64,000 nt of DNA from assembly GCA_965223265.1 (NCBI GenBank), contig OZ244999.1, forward strand, positions 4,736,001 through 4,800,000, written 5' to 3'. Made by a program: the position numbers and the translations under genes. Shown here piece by piece: positions 1 through 10,204 of this stretch. The notes beneath the pieces are model-generated. The model ran no database searches. It saw only the letters and a program-made list of their open reading frames with translations, and was not told where the DNA came from. This DNA is from Planctomycetota bacterium (GTDB lineage Bacteria; Planctomycetota; UBA8108; SXIK01). How positions within the stretch are numbered: the first letter of the stretch is position 1; each line of letters opens with the position of its first letter.

Positions 1-456
1 CGGGCAGAAGCTGAGAATGTCGTCGCAGGCGGAAGATTCGCCCCGATCGGTCAACGCGGTCTTTTTGTCAGTCGACAAGGATACGGTGTCCCCGGCTACC
101 TGAAAAAAGCCAACGACGAGACCGCGCTTGTCGTCTTGATCGAGGACATCGCGGCGTGGGAAAACCTTGACGAGATCTTGACTGTAGATCACATCGACGT
201 GTTTTTTGTGGCGCCATCTGACTTTGCCGCGTCGATGGGACACATCGGCGACTGGAAGCACCCGGAAGTGCAGGAAAAAGTTGACGATGCTCTGCGGCGC
301 ATCGTCGCAGCAGGGCGGCGTGCGGGAACGCTGACGACGAACGACGACGTCGCCAGATTCGCGGGCATGGGAGTGCAGATGCTTTTGGTCAACGTCCAGG
401 AGTGGCTCGCCGCGGGTGCGGCGCAGTACCGGGCACGGGCGGAGGCAGCACGCTGA
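1..456 (+). CDS. HpcH/HpaI aldolase family protein (5' truncated by window edge)
   Basis: Frame 1 is open from base 1 (RAEAENVVAGGRFAPIGQRG...LIEDIAA...IDVFFVAPSDFAASMG), matching HpcH/HpaI motifs. Confidence 0.85.
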   Translation, partial: RAEAENVVAGGRFAPIGQRGLFVSRQGYGVPGYLKKANDETALVVLIEDIAAWENLDEILTVDHIDVFFVAPSDFAASMGHIGDWKHPEVQEKVDDALRRIVAAGRRAGTLTTNDDVARFAGMGVQMLLVNVQEWLAAGAAQYRARAEAAR

Positions 457-674
457 GGACGTTCGCCTTGGATCTTCGGTAGCCAAACACAGCGCGTCGG
501 GCAGCAGTAGTGATGAACACACGTTCCCCGCCGCCTGCAAAAAATCAGAGCAAGAGACGACCTTCGGCTCGGCACTTCTGTCGACGTTGAGGTCAAAAGT
601 GGTTGACGGTGTTGATGGAAAAGGTGGTTGCAGTGTCGGCGATTTGGCCCGCGCGCGGCTCGACTTGACGCCCG

Positions 675-683
675 TGCTATGAT
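675..683 (+). promoter_or_regulatory. possible extended -10 promoter (TGcTATGAT) for the kinase gene
   Basis: TGn-TATGAT about 60 bp upstream of ATG 743; no convincing -35. Confidence 0.35.
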
Positions 684-742
684 TCCCCCACCGGCTCTGA
701 CTGGATCTGTTTTGCTCGCTTCGTGAACGCACCCGGGACGCA

Positions 743-2044
743 ATGAAACGAACGCTTCGCTCACGTCAAAACCTTGGGAAATACCGCATCGAAAAACTCC
801 TCGCCCAGGGCGGTTTTGCGGAGGTGTACCAGGCTTTCGACACCATCGAAGGCCTGCGCGTAGCGCTGAAGATTCCCTACGCTCACCTGATGGACAGTGG
901 CGTCCTCGAAGACTTTCGTCGCGAGGTGAGGGTGACGGCGCAGCTCGAGCATCCGAACATCCTGCCGATAAAAAACGCCGAGTTTGTTGACGGCCACTTC
1001 GTGATCGCGCTGCCGCTGGGAGAACGCACGCTCGCCGACCGGCTCAAGAGTCGCATGTCGATGCCGCTCGCCGTGCATCTCGCCGGACAGATGCTCGAGG
1101 CACTTGGGTTCGCACATCACCGGCGCATACTCCACTGCGATGTGAAGCCCGAGAACTTCATACTCTTTTCGGGCAACAGGCTGCGCCTGTCAGATTTCGG
1201 CATCGCCAAGGTGTCGCTGCACACGGTGAGCGCGTCGGGCTCGGGAACGCTCGGGTATATCGCGCCGGAACAGGCGATGGGGAAACCGTCGTTTCGTTCG
1301 GACGTGTTTTCGCTCGGGCTGATCTTCTACCGCATGTTCGCAGGCGTCTTGCCGCAGTGGCCGTTCGTGAGGCCGTTTCCGGGCAGTGATCGCCTCAAAG
1401 AGAGAGTGCATCCAGAGTTCGCGGCGCTGATCCACCGGGCGACCGCGCTGGAGCCGAAGAAGCGGTTTGAAAACGCCGACCAAATGCGGCGCGCGTTTCA
1501 AAAGCTGCGACAGAAGACGTCGGCGAAGCAGCGACAGCGAAGGAAGCGATCGCGCCCGCCGCGCCAAGACTGGAAGGAGGTTCGGTGGCGGCAGTTTTTG
1601 CGGCAGTACGGCGCTGTGCTGGAGGTGCGGGGCGAATGTCCGAAATGCGCCGGCCCGGTGGCCGAGTGTATGCCGTCGTGCTGCTGGTGCGGCGTGTCGA
1701 TCGCGAAGTACCGCGGCAAGGCGCGGTTCGGGCGCCAGTGCAGCCGGTGCAGGCGCAGTCTCAAGGCGGATTGGCGCTTCTGTCCATGGTGCTTTGGCGC
1801 CTCGCTCAGCGGCACGAGTGAGCGCGCGCTCAGCGACCGTCGCTACGAGGCGAAGTGCCAGAATCCAGCGTGCACAAGAAAAACGCTCATGCCGTTCATG
1901 CGTTATTGCCCATGGTGCCGGCACAAGGTGCGTAGGCCGTGGGCCATCCCGGGCGCGTCCCGCAAGTGCGCCAAGTGCAAGTGGGGAATCGTGGACGCGT
2001 TCTGGGACCACTGCCCGTGGTGCGGGGTAGGGATCAAGGCGTGA
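743..2044 (+). CDS. Ser/Thr protein kinase with C-terminal zinc-ribbon repeats
   Basis: GGFAEVY, VALK, HCDVKPEN, DFG and APE motifs; eight Cys pairs in the C-terminus (CPKC, CCWC, CSRC, CPWC, CQNPAC, CPWC, CAKC, CPWC). Confidence 0.92.
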   Translation: MKRTLRSRQNLGKYRIEKLLAQGGFAEVYQAFDTIEGLRVALKIPYAHLMDSGVLEDFRREVRVTAQLEHPNILPIKNAEFVDGHFVIALPLGERTLADRLKSRMSMPLAVHLAGQMLEALGFAHHRRILHCDVKPENFILFSGNRLRLSDFGIAKVSLHTVSASGSGTLGYIAPEQAMGKPSFRSDVFSLGLIFYRMFAGVLPQWPFVRPFPGSDRLKERVHPEFAALIHRATALEPKKRFENADQMRRAFQKLRQKTSAKQRQRRKRSRPPRQDWKEVRWRQFLRQYGAVLEVRGECPKCAGPVAECMPSCCWCGVSIAKYRGKARFGRQCSRCRRSLKADWRFCPWCFGASLSGTSERALSDRRYEAKCQNPACTRKTLMPFMRYCPWCRHKVRRPWAIPGASRKCAKCKWGIVDAFWDHCPWCGVGIKA

Positions 2045-2112
2045 GAGGGAAGCAACCAAGCGCACAAAAGCTCTTGCCGAGGGGCGAGAGCACGGCAGAA
2101 TAGTGGCTCCAC

Positions 2113-2186
2113 GGGCGTGTAACTCAATTGGCTAGAGTGCCACCCTTACAAGGTGGAAGTTCCCAGTTCGAGTCTGGGCACGCCCA
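2113..2186 (+). tRNA. tRNA-Val (anticodon TAC)
   Basis: Acceptor GGGCGTG/CACGCCC, anticodon arm CCACC-CTTACAA-GGTGG, T arm CCCAG-TTCGAGT-CTGGG; CCA not encoded. Confidence 0.96.
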
Positions 2187-2538
2187 TTCTTCTTAACCCC
2201 CTCTGGGGACTCGATAAGTGCCTTGTGCGCCTGGGACTTATGCCCTGGACCAGGAGCCTCAGCGACCGGCTCTTCATCGCAGGCCATCGCGCCGTTTCGC
2301 CCCGTTTCGTGCTCTGAGGGGGTGCGAATCTGGTAGCGTCTGTCGGATGCATCGCCCGGCGCACCCGCCCCCCGCAGGGGGTGGAAGCTCATCCCCTTCG
2401 AGGTAAACGCGGCAACGATCACCAAACAACTGGGTGCGACCGGGTCGAATCCGCGCGTCGAGCGTCGAGAACCGGGCCGCATCGGGCGTTGCTCCGGTTC
2501 AAGTTGTGCTTTCTGCCCGCTAACCGGCCTCGACTGTA

Positions 2539-3060
2539 TCACCTGAAATCATTCTCCTCCTTTTCGAGCTCCTCCAAGAGCTTGTCAAACTCCTCCTCAG
2601 TCTCTTCGTCGCCAGGTGCTCCCTCGACGTCGACTCCGTCATCGTCGCTCCCGAAAACGCGTGCGTCAGCAGAAATCGGCGCAAACCAGCGAGCGATGTA
2701 CGAACCGAGCCAGACGAACGGGGTGCCGAGATACTTGGGCACGACGATCGTGCGGTGGAGCATGATGTTGTCGTCGGGAACCGGCATGTCGAAGTAATCC
2801 GCTGCATCACAGGAGGCCGGGACGACGATCTCCCCAGTACGTATCGTCTGGTCGATGGTCGCAGACACCGCCAGTCCTGTGCCGTGAAAGGGCACGAGAA
2901 CAGGCCAGGTGACGAGCACTACACGCGTGTCATCGGGCCACAGCGGATCAAGGACATGCTCTTCGTAGAATTCGCAGGTACGGGCTTCGTCGGTGAATCC
3001 GCAGCCGACGTTGGACGATACTACCCCCAGAACAAGGCTCAGTACGGCAAGGCGCTTCAT
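2539..3060 (-). CDS. putative lipoprotein, paralogue 3 of 3, acidic C-terminal tail
   Basis: MKRLAVLSLV...NVGC lipobox-like start; ATGA overlap with the preceding gene. Confidence 0.7.
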   Translation of the reverse strand: MKRLAVLSLVLGVVSSNVGCGFTDEARTCEFYEEHVLDPLWPDDTRVVLVTWPVLVPFHGTGLAVSATIDQTIRTGEIVVPASCDAADYFDMPVPDDNIMLHRTIVVPKYLGTPFVWLGSYIARWFAPISADARVFGSDDDGVDVEGAPGDEETEEEFDKLLEELEKEENDFR

Positions 3061-3590
3061 GGCGGACTCTCCGTTGTGAAGCCAGCCTCTGATGAAGGAG
3101 GAGAGGAGACTTCGTCGTTCGTTGTCTCCGGCGGGATCGGTCGTCCCTGAGCATCTCGCCTCCAAAGGTAGCCCCACCGCGGCCATCCCCACGCCGCTTC
3201 CTCGCGCACTTCGATCGCAAAGACTGAGCGGGCGCTCCAATCTCCGAGGAAGACGAACGGCGTCAGCAATACTTTCGAGGGAAAAAAACCCCACCAGGAA
3301 TAGAGATCCTCCTCATAGCGCGCGTCCGAAAAATGCCGCCAGAACTTCTTGGTGTCGACGTAGGCACTCGGCGCGGAGGCGGCGGGGGCGATGAGGACGT
3401 TGTCGACCGCAAGGGTCACCAGGCACGTGGGCACGAGGAGCGGTGTCATTGCCCATTGTCCGACCTTATTTTCCGGCACGATCGTGCGGTCGACCCAGTT
3501 CGTCGTCGACAGATGGTTGCGATCGACGACGGCACAGCCGCTGACGGCGGCGACGATCGCGCAGCTGAGTAGGACCGTTTCAAGACGCAT
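3057..3590 (-). CDS. putative lipoprotein, paralogue 2 of 3
   Basis: MRLETVLL...VSGC lipobox; PLLVP/LAVD/TPFVFLG segments shared with neighbours. Confidence 0.72.
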   Translation of the reverse strand: MRLETVLLSCAIVAAVSGCAVVDRNHLSTTNWVDRTIVPENKVGQWAMTPLLVPTCLVTLAVDNVLIAPAASAPSAYVDTKKFWRHFSDARYEEDLYSWWGFFPSKVLLTPFVFLGDWSARSVFAIEVREEAAWGWPRWGYLWRRDAQGRPIPPETTNDEVSSPPSSEAGFTTESPP

Positions 3591-4062
3591 TCGCGCTCTC
3601 CTCCGCGTCATCAGCTTCGGGGTGTGCACCCTCCTCTTCGAGCTCGCCATCTCGACGGGGTGACTCCTCGACGGGAACAATACTGAGAACGACCTCGGCA
3701 CCGACGAACATCACCGCTGCGGTCAACACGCGCATCGGCATGAGAACCACTTCGAACACTCCTGCGTCCTCCACCTCCGTGAATGGCCACTCAGCGAGCT
3801 CCCTAGCTTCAGACAACTGCTGGACGGGATTCACGACGGTGGCGTCCACCAAAAGCGTCGAAAGCCCTATGGGCACGGCCACAGGGGTGAGCGCCGCACG
3901 GCCGGCGTCGCTCTCAGGCGCCAGGTGCCGGTCGATGAATTCGGTCACCGGACGGTTGTCCCAGTTAAGAACAGCACAACCGGAGAAGAGGAGAGCCAGG
4001 AAAAGAACGGTGACGCGGCGAAGCAACGCACGATGTTCAGACACAACATTCAATCGATTCAT
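3580..4062 (-). CDS. putative lipoprotein, paralogue 1 of 3
   Basis: LFLALLFSGC lipobox; PVAVP/LLVD segments; start uncertain. Confidence 0.68.
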   Translation of the reverse strand: MNRLNVVSEHRALLRRVTVLFLALLFSGCAVLNWDNRPVTEFIDRHLAPESDAGRAALTPVAVPIGLSTLLVDATVVNPVQQLSEARELAEWPFTEVEDAGVFEVVLMPMRVLTAAVMFVGAEVVLSIVPVEESPRRDGELEEEGAHPEADDAEESANAS

Positions 4063-4903
4063 GAGAAGGTCTCGCGAAATGGAATCTGCACTTTCGAGTT
4101 GCGCCCCGCAAAGAGGTGAAGACGGGAAATCTCGCTCCACGGCGGTCGTTTCCAGATTGATCCCTTCGATGTCGCCGCGGCTTCTCTCCCCGGCCGTTAG
4201 TGAGAACTGCTCCAAGCCGACGAACAGCGTCGGCGATGAATTGCGCAGCTGCCCTACACGCGTCTGCACACCGCAAACAGGAACAGCAAATCCGTGGCCA
4301 GGCTCAAGAAGAGTCTATCTGGCGCTCCGACGGCCTCTCCAAGCAGGGAATATTGTCTGGGAGGCGGAGAAAACCCGCAGCAAGGCAGCAAAGACATCGC
4401 TCAGCGAGAAGCATGCGCCGAGTCGCTTAGACGCATCGGGAGACCAGCGTGAAGTGAGCGCGGACATTCTCGCTCGCGAGTCGACGAACTTGCCACCGGT
4501 GTGAACGGAACGCTAGCGCTTTTGAGCGAACTATCATTAGCACAGGCGCTTCTTAAGGGGCAGCTGTCGGAGCCTTACCGGCACCTTCTGAGCCGCCGAA
4601 ACAGTCTCCGGGACGGAATTCGTACGCACAACTGGGAAAAAACTCCGCGGTCCGGCCAACACGAGCTCCTGTCGAAAGAAAAGAACCATGCGAGAGTGAA
4701 TCTCGCGTTGGTATGTCGTTTGCTTGCTCGTCCATGGTTCTCGGGTAGTGAGTGCTGACAGAGAGATTACGATTCAGGCGCCGGACGCCAAGCGCAGGCT
4801 GCGATGACACGTTGGGGAGCCGAAGCGTCGGTGCGACTCCACCTCAGGTGCTGCGAAGTTGATGCAAGTGAACCTCAATCGCGTCAGCGATGGATAGCTC
4901 CGA

Positions 4904-6457
4904 ATGACAGCTACACCTCCAGCAAGCGATTTCAATGTCATCGTCATCGGGTCCGGCATGGGAGGGATGACGACGGCCACCGCGCTGTCTCGATTGGGGC
5001 ACAAAGTCCTGCTTCTTGAGCAAGCACAGACCATCGGAGGATTGACTCACACCTTCTCTCGGAACGGTTTCACCTGGGACGTCGGCCTTCACTATTGTGG
5101 CACATTTGGTCACGATCAGCCGGCAGGACGGGTCTTGGACTGGCTGAGCGGCGGAACGATCGACTTCCGCTCCCTCGGCACCGTCTACGACACGCTGCAC
5201 TTCCCAGATGGATTTGAAATCTCCGTGGCGCGCCCCGCCTCAGCTTACAAGATGGAGCTGAAAGAGCGGTTTCCCGACCACGCGGCTGAAATCGACGCCT
5301 ACTTCGAAGCGCTGCAGTCCGCGCAGGCGGCAGCATATATGGTCGCCGCCGAGCGATCGATGCCTGAGCCCTTCCGCTCCGCACATCGCTGGTGGAACAA
5401 GAAAAGAATCCAGCGCTGGTGTGGTCGGACAACGGGCGAAGTGATCGCAGACATTGTCACCGACCCGAAACTCGCGGCGGTGTTGTCGGCGCAATGGGGC
5501 ACCTACGGAGGCAAACCGAAGGAAGGAAGCTTCGGCGTCCACGCCACCGTCATCGGCCACTATCTAGAGGGCGCGGGTTATCCCGTCGGGGGCGCCGCCT
5601 CGATTGCGAGGGGACTTGTTCCGGTGATCGAACGGGCCGGCGGTAGCGCCCGCGCGGCGACGCCAGTGAGCGCGATACTGGTTGAAGATGGAAAAGCCGT
5701 CGGCGTTCGCACCAGCTCCGGCGAAGAAATCAAGGCGCCCTTCATCGTCTCGGCAATTGGCGCCGGCGAAACAGTGAAACGCCTGCTGCCTCAGGACATC
5801 CGCCAACAGGAGTGGGCTCGCGAGATAGCCACCTTCAAGCCGTCGATCTGCCACTTCGAAATCTTTCTCGGCTTCGAAGGAGACATTGCCCGACACGGAG
5901 CGACGCGCTCGAACCACTGGTTTTACGAAAGCTGGGAAACCGATGATGCTATCTGGTCGGCGGCTGCCAACGGCCCGGTTCCGATGGCGTTCGTCTCGTT
6001 CCCGTCTCTCAAGGATCCTGCACACGACCCTGGTCCATCGAAGAGGCACACAGGCGAATTGTTGGTTTGGGCCGATTGGTCCTCCGTGGCGAAATTCGCA
6101 GATGGGGAGGCCGAAAAGAGCGAAGCCGAATGGGCGACATTCAGGCAAGACGTCGAAGCCAAGTTGATGGCATCCTTCACCGCAAAGTTCCCGGCGCTGG
6201 CGCCGCTTGTTGTCTATCGCGAACTTGGAACCCCGCTCGCAACCGCGTCATTCACCGGCCACGAGAAGGGCGGGTTCTATGGCGTCGAAACGACGCCGCG
6301 CCGTATGCTGTCGGAAGCGCTCAGAGCCCGTACGCCGATCCCCGGCCTATTCTTGGCGGGCCAAGACGTCATGATGCCCGGCATCGCTGGGGCTCTTTGG
6401 GGCGGCATGCTCGGGGCTGCGGCGGTCGATCCACGTGTCTTTCAGCAGTTCAAATGA
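4904..6457 (+). CDS. phytoene desaturase / retinol saturase family FAD-dependent oxidoreductase
   Basis: GSGMGG FAD motif, WDVGLHY, YPVGG, TPIPGLFLAGQD. Confidence 0.88.
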   Translation: MTATPPASDFNVIVIGSGMGGMTTATALSRLGHKVLLLEQAQTIGGLTHTFSRNGFTWDVGLHYCGTFGHDQPAGRVLDWLSGGTIDFRSLGTVYDTLHFPDGFEISVARPASAYKMELKERFPDHAAEIDAYFEALQSAQAAAYMVAAERSMPEPFRSAHRWWNKKRIQRWCGRTTGEVIADIVTDPKLAAVLSAQWGTYGGKPKEGSFGVHATVIGHYLEGAGYPVGGAASIARGLVPVIERAGGSARAATPVSAILVEDGKAVGVRTSSGEEIKAPFIVSAIGAGETVKRLLPQDIRQQEWAREIATFKPSICHFEIFLGFEGDIARHGATRSNHWFYESWETDDAIWSAAANGPVPMAFVSFPSLKDPAHDPGPSKRHTGELLVWADWSSVAKFADGEAEKSEAEWATFRQDVEAKLMASFTAKFPALAPLVVYRELGTPLATASFTGHEKGGFYGVETTPRRMLSEALRARTPIPGLFLAGQDVMMPGIAGALWGGMLGAAAVDPRVFQQFK

Positions 6458-6676
6458 GGCCTCGCGGGTGTCATAGGATAACGGAGCCGTGGGGATGGGG
6501 TCCCAAAGGCTGTGACAAGCAGAAGACCAAAAAACCTCGCAGGGGAAAATGGACTACCAGTTGTCGCGCGCCGTTTTGGCGGTCGTCCTGGAGCTCGCTC
6601 GTCAGGATCTCCTCCATGAGCTTGCCGATGACCGCCTGTGCGTCGGAGCGCGAATCCCTGGTAGAGGCGGCGAGCC

Positions 6677-8473
6677 ATGAGCTTTCCCCGCACGCTTCGC
6701 GCCACACTCCTGGCCTTTTCGGCCGTTCTTTTTCTCCACTCCTGCTGCGGGCCTCCGGAAGCCGATCCACTGGCGCCGGGGGACTGGGACGGCCTCGCCC
6801 GCGCGCTCACACGTCGCATCGAATACGAGATGGACGCGGCGGACGTCGTAGGTCTGAGCATCGCGATCGTGGAATCCGGAGGCGTTCGCTGGTCAAGTGG
6901 ATTCGGCCTGGCCGACCGCGAGGCGAAGCGACCAGCCACCGATCGAACGATCTACCGCGTTGGCTCCATGTCCAAGCCGTTCACCGCTGCGCTGGTGATG
7001 ACCCTCGTCGAGAAGAGCGGGCTGGATCTCGATGCGCCCCTCGAGACGTATCTCCCTGCCTTCTCGATTCGTTCGCGGTTCGAGGAGGCGGGTCCGGTCA
7101 CGCTGCGCGGAATCCTCACCCACCGATCGGGACTTCCCAACGTCTGGAGGAAGACCGGGCCCGACGGCCGACCCGTCCATTACGACCGGCTCGTTCACGA
7201 GATGCCCCAGGCCTCGCTCGCCCACCCCCCAGGCTTGGTCTCCAAGTACTCGAGCCTCGGGTTCGACCTCGCTGGCCACGCCGCGGAAAGCGTTGCGGGC
7301 CGGCCTTTCGTCGAGCTCGCCGACGACTTACTGAAAACCATCGGGGTAGAGACGGCAACGTTCGCGCCGTCCGAAGTCACGAAACGCTTGCTCGCCCGTC
7401 CGTACCGCCGGGGACGCCTCGAGTCGGATCTTCCCGAACTCGACGGGGAAATCCCTTCGGGCGGTCTCCACTCCAGCGTCCTGGACTACGCCCGGTTCTG
7501 TCGGCTCTTTCTCGAAGGCGGAGAGGTAGATGGAGCACGTGCGCTGTCGGAGCGATCGGTCGGAGAGATGCTCACGGCGGAGACGCCGAGCCGCCTCGAC
7601 TTCGGGGCGATTTGGGGACTCGGCTGGAGCCGAGGAACGCCCGAGGGTCTCGCTTATGCTGGCTCCTTTGCATCTCACGGCGGCGCCACGTTCCTCTACA
7701 ACTCCCTCGCGATTCTGAGCCTGGACCACGATGTCGGGGTCGTCGTGTGCGCGAACACCCAGGAGGCCGCGCAGGCGGTCGCCCGCATCACCAGGGAGGC
7801 CATGAGACTGGCCTTTGAGGTGAAGGGACTCCGGAAGCCAAGCGCGGTCGAGGACCCGGTCCCTTCCAAGCCGGTGGCCTCTTGGAAGAAATTCGAAGGC
7901 CGCTATCAGACCATCGCAGGAGTTCTTGACGTCACGGTCGGCGACCACGTCGAGGCGTGCCTCCTGGGCCGTCGCGTCCGGCTCGTCGACGAGGGCGGAA
8001 ACTGGTCCTCCCTTCGCTACCTCCTTCTCGGCAGCCTTCCGCTCACAGTGGGCGGCCGAGGCGACGTCCGGTTCGCGTTTGCCGAGGTCGCAGGACGGAG
8101 GGTTATCGTTCGCGACGAGCGTGGATATCGCATCCGTTTCGGAGACCGAATCGAGCCGTCACCGATTCACTCCGCCTGGCGCGACCGGCTGGGAGAGTAC
8201 GACCTCACGAACGAGAGGCTGGCGAGGATCACGTTTCGGTGCACTCCGAACGTCGAGCTGGGGATCGACGGGGAGGACCTCATCCTGACCTTCTATCCAA
8301 ACGTCCAGCCCACCATCGAGCTCTCGTGGGCGGTCCGGACCCTATCGGACGACGAGGCGGTGTGCGAGGGGCTCGTCGACTACCTCGGCGGGGAAACCCT
8401 GCGGATCGTCCGAGTTGACGGCCGGGAACGGATCACGATGTCCGGCTACGAGTTCGAGAGGGTCGAGGATTAA
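6677..8473 (+). CDS. serine hydrolase, beta-lactamase class C / PBP family, secreted
   Basis: Signal peptide, GSMSK (SxxK), LTHRSG, YSS, HGG; the stop TAA lies in the TTAA target of the adjacent MITE. Confidence 0.88.
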   Translation: MSFPRTLRATLLAFSAVLFLHSCCGPPEADPLAPGDWDGLARALTRRIEYEMDAADVVGLSIAIVESGGVRWSSGFGLADREAKRPATDRTIYRVGSMSKPFTAALVMTLVEKSGLDLDAPLETYLPAFSIRSRFEEAGPVTLRGILTHRSGLPNVWRKTGPDGRPVHYDRLVHEMPQASLAHPPGLVSKYSSLGFDLAGHAAESVAGRPFVELADDLLKTIGVETATFAPSEVTKRLLARPYRRGRLESDLPELDGEIPSGGLHSSVLDYARFCRLFLEGGEVDGARALSERSVGEMLTAETPSRLDFGAIWGLGWSRGTPEGLAYAGSFASHGGATFLYNSLAILSLDHDVGVVVCANTQEAAQAVARITREAMRLAFEVKGLRKPSAVEDPVPSKPVASWKKFEGRYQTIAGVLDVTVGDHVEACLLGRRVRLVDEGGNWSSLRYLLLGSLPLTVGGRGDVRFAFAEVAGRRVIVRDERGYRIRFGDRIEPSPIHSAWRDRLGEYDLTNERLARITFRCTPNVELGIDGEDLILTFYPNVQPTIELSWAVRTLSDDEAVCEGLVDYLGGETLRIVRVDGRERITMSGYEFERVED

Positions 8474-8653
8474 CAGCCCGCCTGAAAAAGTCATTCGGCC
8501 GAGAAACTGGCCTCTTCACGCCCAGATCGACCGCGGCGAGCCTCGCCAGTTCTGTCTCATAAAAGAGGGCTCGGAGATTACCTAAGTTCGCCGCGGCCGA
8601 TCTGGACGCGAAGCGACCAGTTTTCGACTCGAAGCACTTTTTCAGGCAGGCTG
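8474..8653. mobile_element. fold-back MITE family A, copy 1 (180 bp)
   Basis: Ends CAGCCCGCCTGAAAAAG / CTTTTTCAGGCAGGCTG; TTAA on both sides; about 67-bp imperfect inverted arms. Confidence 0.88.
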
Positions 8654-8737
8654 TTAACTTCGACGGCTCGTCCGCATCCTGTAGTCGGTAGGATCGCAAC
8701 GAGCGACCGCAAACCACTTGATCGTTGCCCCTTGATC

Positions 8738-10171
8738 CTATTTGTTCTTCTTGGGCTGCGACCCGGAGCTGACATGCGGCGCAAGCTTGTCCCATTCACT
8801 CGACGCCACGCAGTATAAACAGAAGTCGCCGTGGTCGTAGATCGAACAGTTCAAGGGTCCGCGCCTATCCTCGTGCACGTCGGCTCCAACAAATGGCGCC
8901 CTGGTCGGTCTCACCGGTCTGGTCAGCACCCACGTGATGCCATCCGCTCCGTTCTCCCCTGTGAGCAGACTGTCGCGCTCCCATTCGTTCTGTTCCAGAA
9001 GGTCAACGCCAAACAGCTTTAGAATACTCAGCAAGGGGTACACAGTGCGTTGGAAGCCCCCCGGCTTCTCGCTCGGCATCATCATCGCTCCGGAGCCCAT
9101 GCCGATATACTTCGTCACGCCGGCAGCCTTCATCGCACTCCAGACGTGTGGAAGGTTGTGAGTTTTGGGACGTGTCTTCCTGTCGTCGCCGAGCGCCGAG
9201 ATCACGCCGTCGCAGCCTGCAAACGCCTCCTTCAACTTCTCCTCTTCGTTCAGCTGCGCCTCGACCACGGTAGTCGTCGGCTTCACATCTTTGAACTTGT
9301 GTGGAGACCGCGTGATCACCACTGCGTCGATTCCGATCTCCTCGGCTCGCGCGAGGATCCCCTTGCCGTAGGTCCCGCTCGCACCAATGATCGCCACCTT
9401 GGCCGGTTTCGCGATGCTGGTGCTCATCTCGTTCATGTTCCGATGGTTGGTCGCCGCGGGAGTGTGTGTTTCTGCCGAGTTCTTCCTCTCTGTTTTCATT
9501 TGGGTACTCACCCCTTCCCAGCCTTCTCGTATCAACCAAGGAACCATGAGCATGGCTGCCGCCGGATCAGCCCACCACCAGCCAAGAACAGCGTGGGCTC
9601 CAAGTCCGATGAGAAGCGTAGCGGAAAGATAAGAGCACGCTAAGGTTTCTAACGCCTCGGCCTGCAGGGCACGGCTACCCAACCGCCTTGCGACGCGAAG
9701 TTTCGCCCACGACAACGCCGGCATAACCACGAGCGAGACAGAGGCAAGGATGATCCCAAGGAGACTTTCCTGTGGGAGCTCTTTAGCGAGCAGTGCCCAG
9801 ACAGCATCGACCACGACGTATGATGCGAAGACGATAAAGGTCCAGCCGATCAGACGGTGAGCTAGAAATTCCTGTCTTTCCGTTGACCCCTGATCGGATC
9901 CTTTCTCCGAGAGAATTCGCCACAAGGCAACACCCGCAGCAACCGTCTCGATTCCACTGTCGAGACCAAAAGCCACAAGAGCAGAACTGTCCGCCGTCGA
10001 TCCCCACCAAATTGCCAGGACCCCCTCAACGACATTGTAGATCAGGTTGACTCCGACCAGCCAGACGGCGAGACGAAGGAAGCGAGCTCGATCCGTCGCG
10101 GCAGATCTTCCTGGCAGAATCGGTCCTCGGCTGCCGCGTTCGTGCGCTTCTCGCCGGCGGTCGTTGCCCAT
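8738..10171 (-). CDS. in-frame fusion: cation-efflux-like membrane domain + NAD(P)-binding Rossmann domain (possible internal start near 9427)
   Basis: N-terminal YNVVEG...FGLDS..E...WWWADP transporter pattern; C-terminal VAIIGASGTYGKG Rossmann motif; no stop between them. Confidence 0.75.
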   Translation of the reverse strand: MGNDRRREAHERGSRGPILPGRSAATDRARFLRLAVWLVGVNLIYNVVEGVLAIWWGSTADSSALVAFGLDSGIETVAAGVALWRILSEKGSDQGSTERQEFLAHRLIGWTFIVFASYVVVDAVWALLAKELPQESLLGIILASVSLVVMPALSWAKLRVARRLGSRALQAEALETLACSYLSATLLIGLGAHAVLGWWWADPAAAMLMVPWLIREGWEGVSTQMKTERKNSAETHTPAATNHRNMNEMSTSIAKPAKVAIIGASGTYGKGILARAEEIGIDAVVITRSPHKFKDVKPTTTVVEAQLNEEEKLKEAFAGCDGVISALGDDRKTRPKTHNLPHVWSAMKAAGVTKYIGMGSGAMMMPSEKPGGFQRTVYPLLSILKLFGVDLLEQNEWERDSLLTGENGADGITWVLTRPVRPTRAPFVGADVHEDRRGPLNCSIYDHGDFCLYCVASSEWDKLAPHVSSGSQPKKNK

Positions 10172-10204
10172 TTTTGTTGCCTTGACCCAGCTTGTTGGAC
10201 TGTG

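Noticed and set aside
2113-2540. tRNA-Val as attachment site of an integrated island
   Set aside because: No integrase next to it, and I found no repeat of the tRNA 3' end in the window
4683-4740. Nested inverted repeats upstream of the desaturase-like gene
   Set aside because: Short stems, single copy, no recognisable riboswitch or operator motif
6067-7818. Long alternative-frame ORFs (583 aa here; also 29032-30600 and 39269-40363)
   Set aside because: Shadow frames overlapping well-supported genes, typical of high-GC DNA
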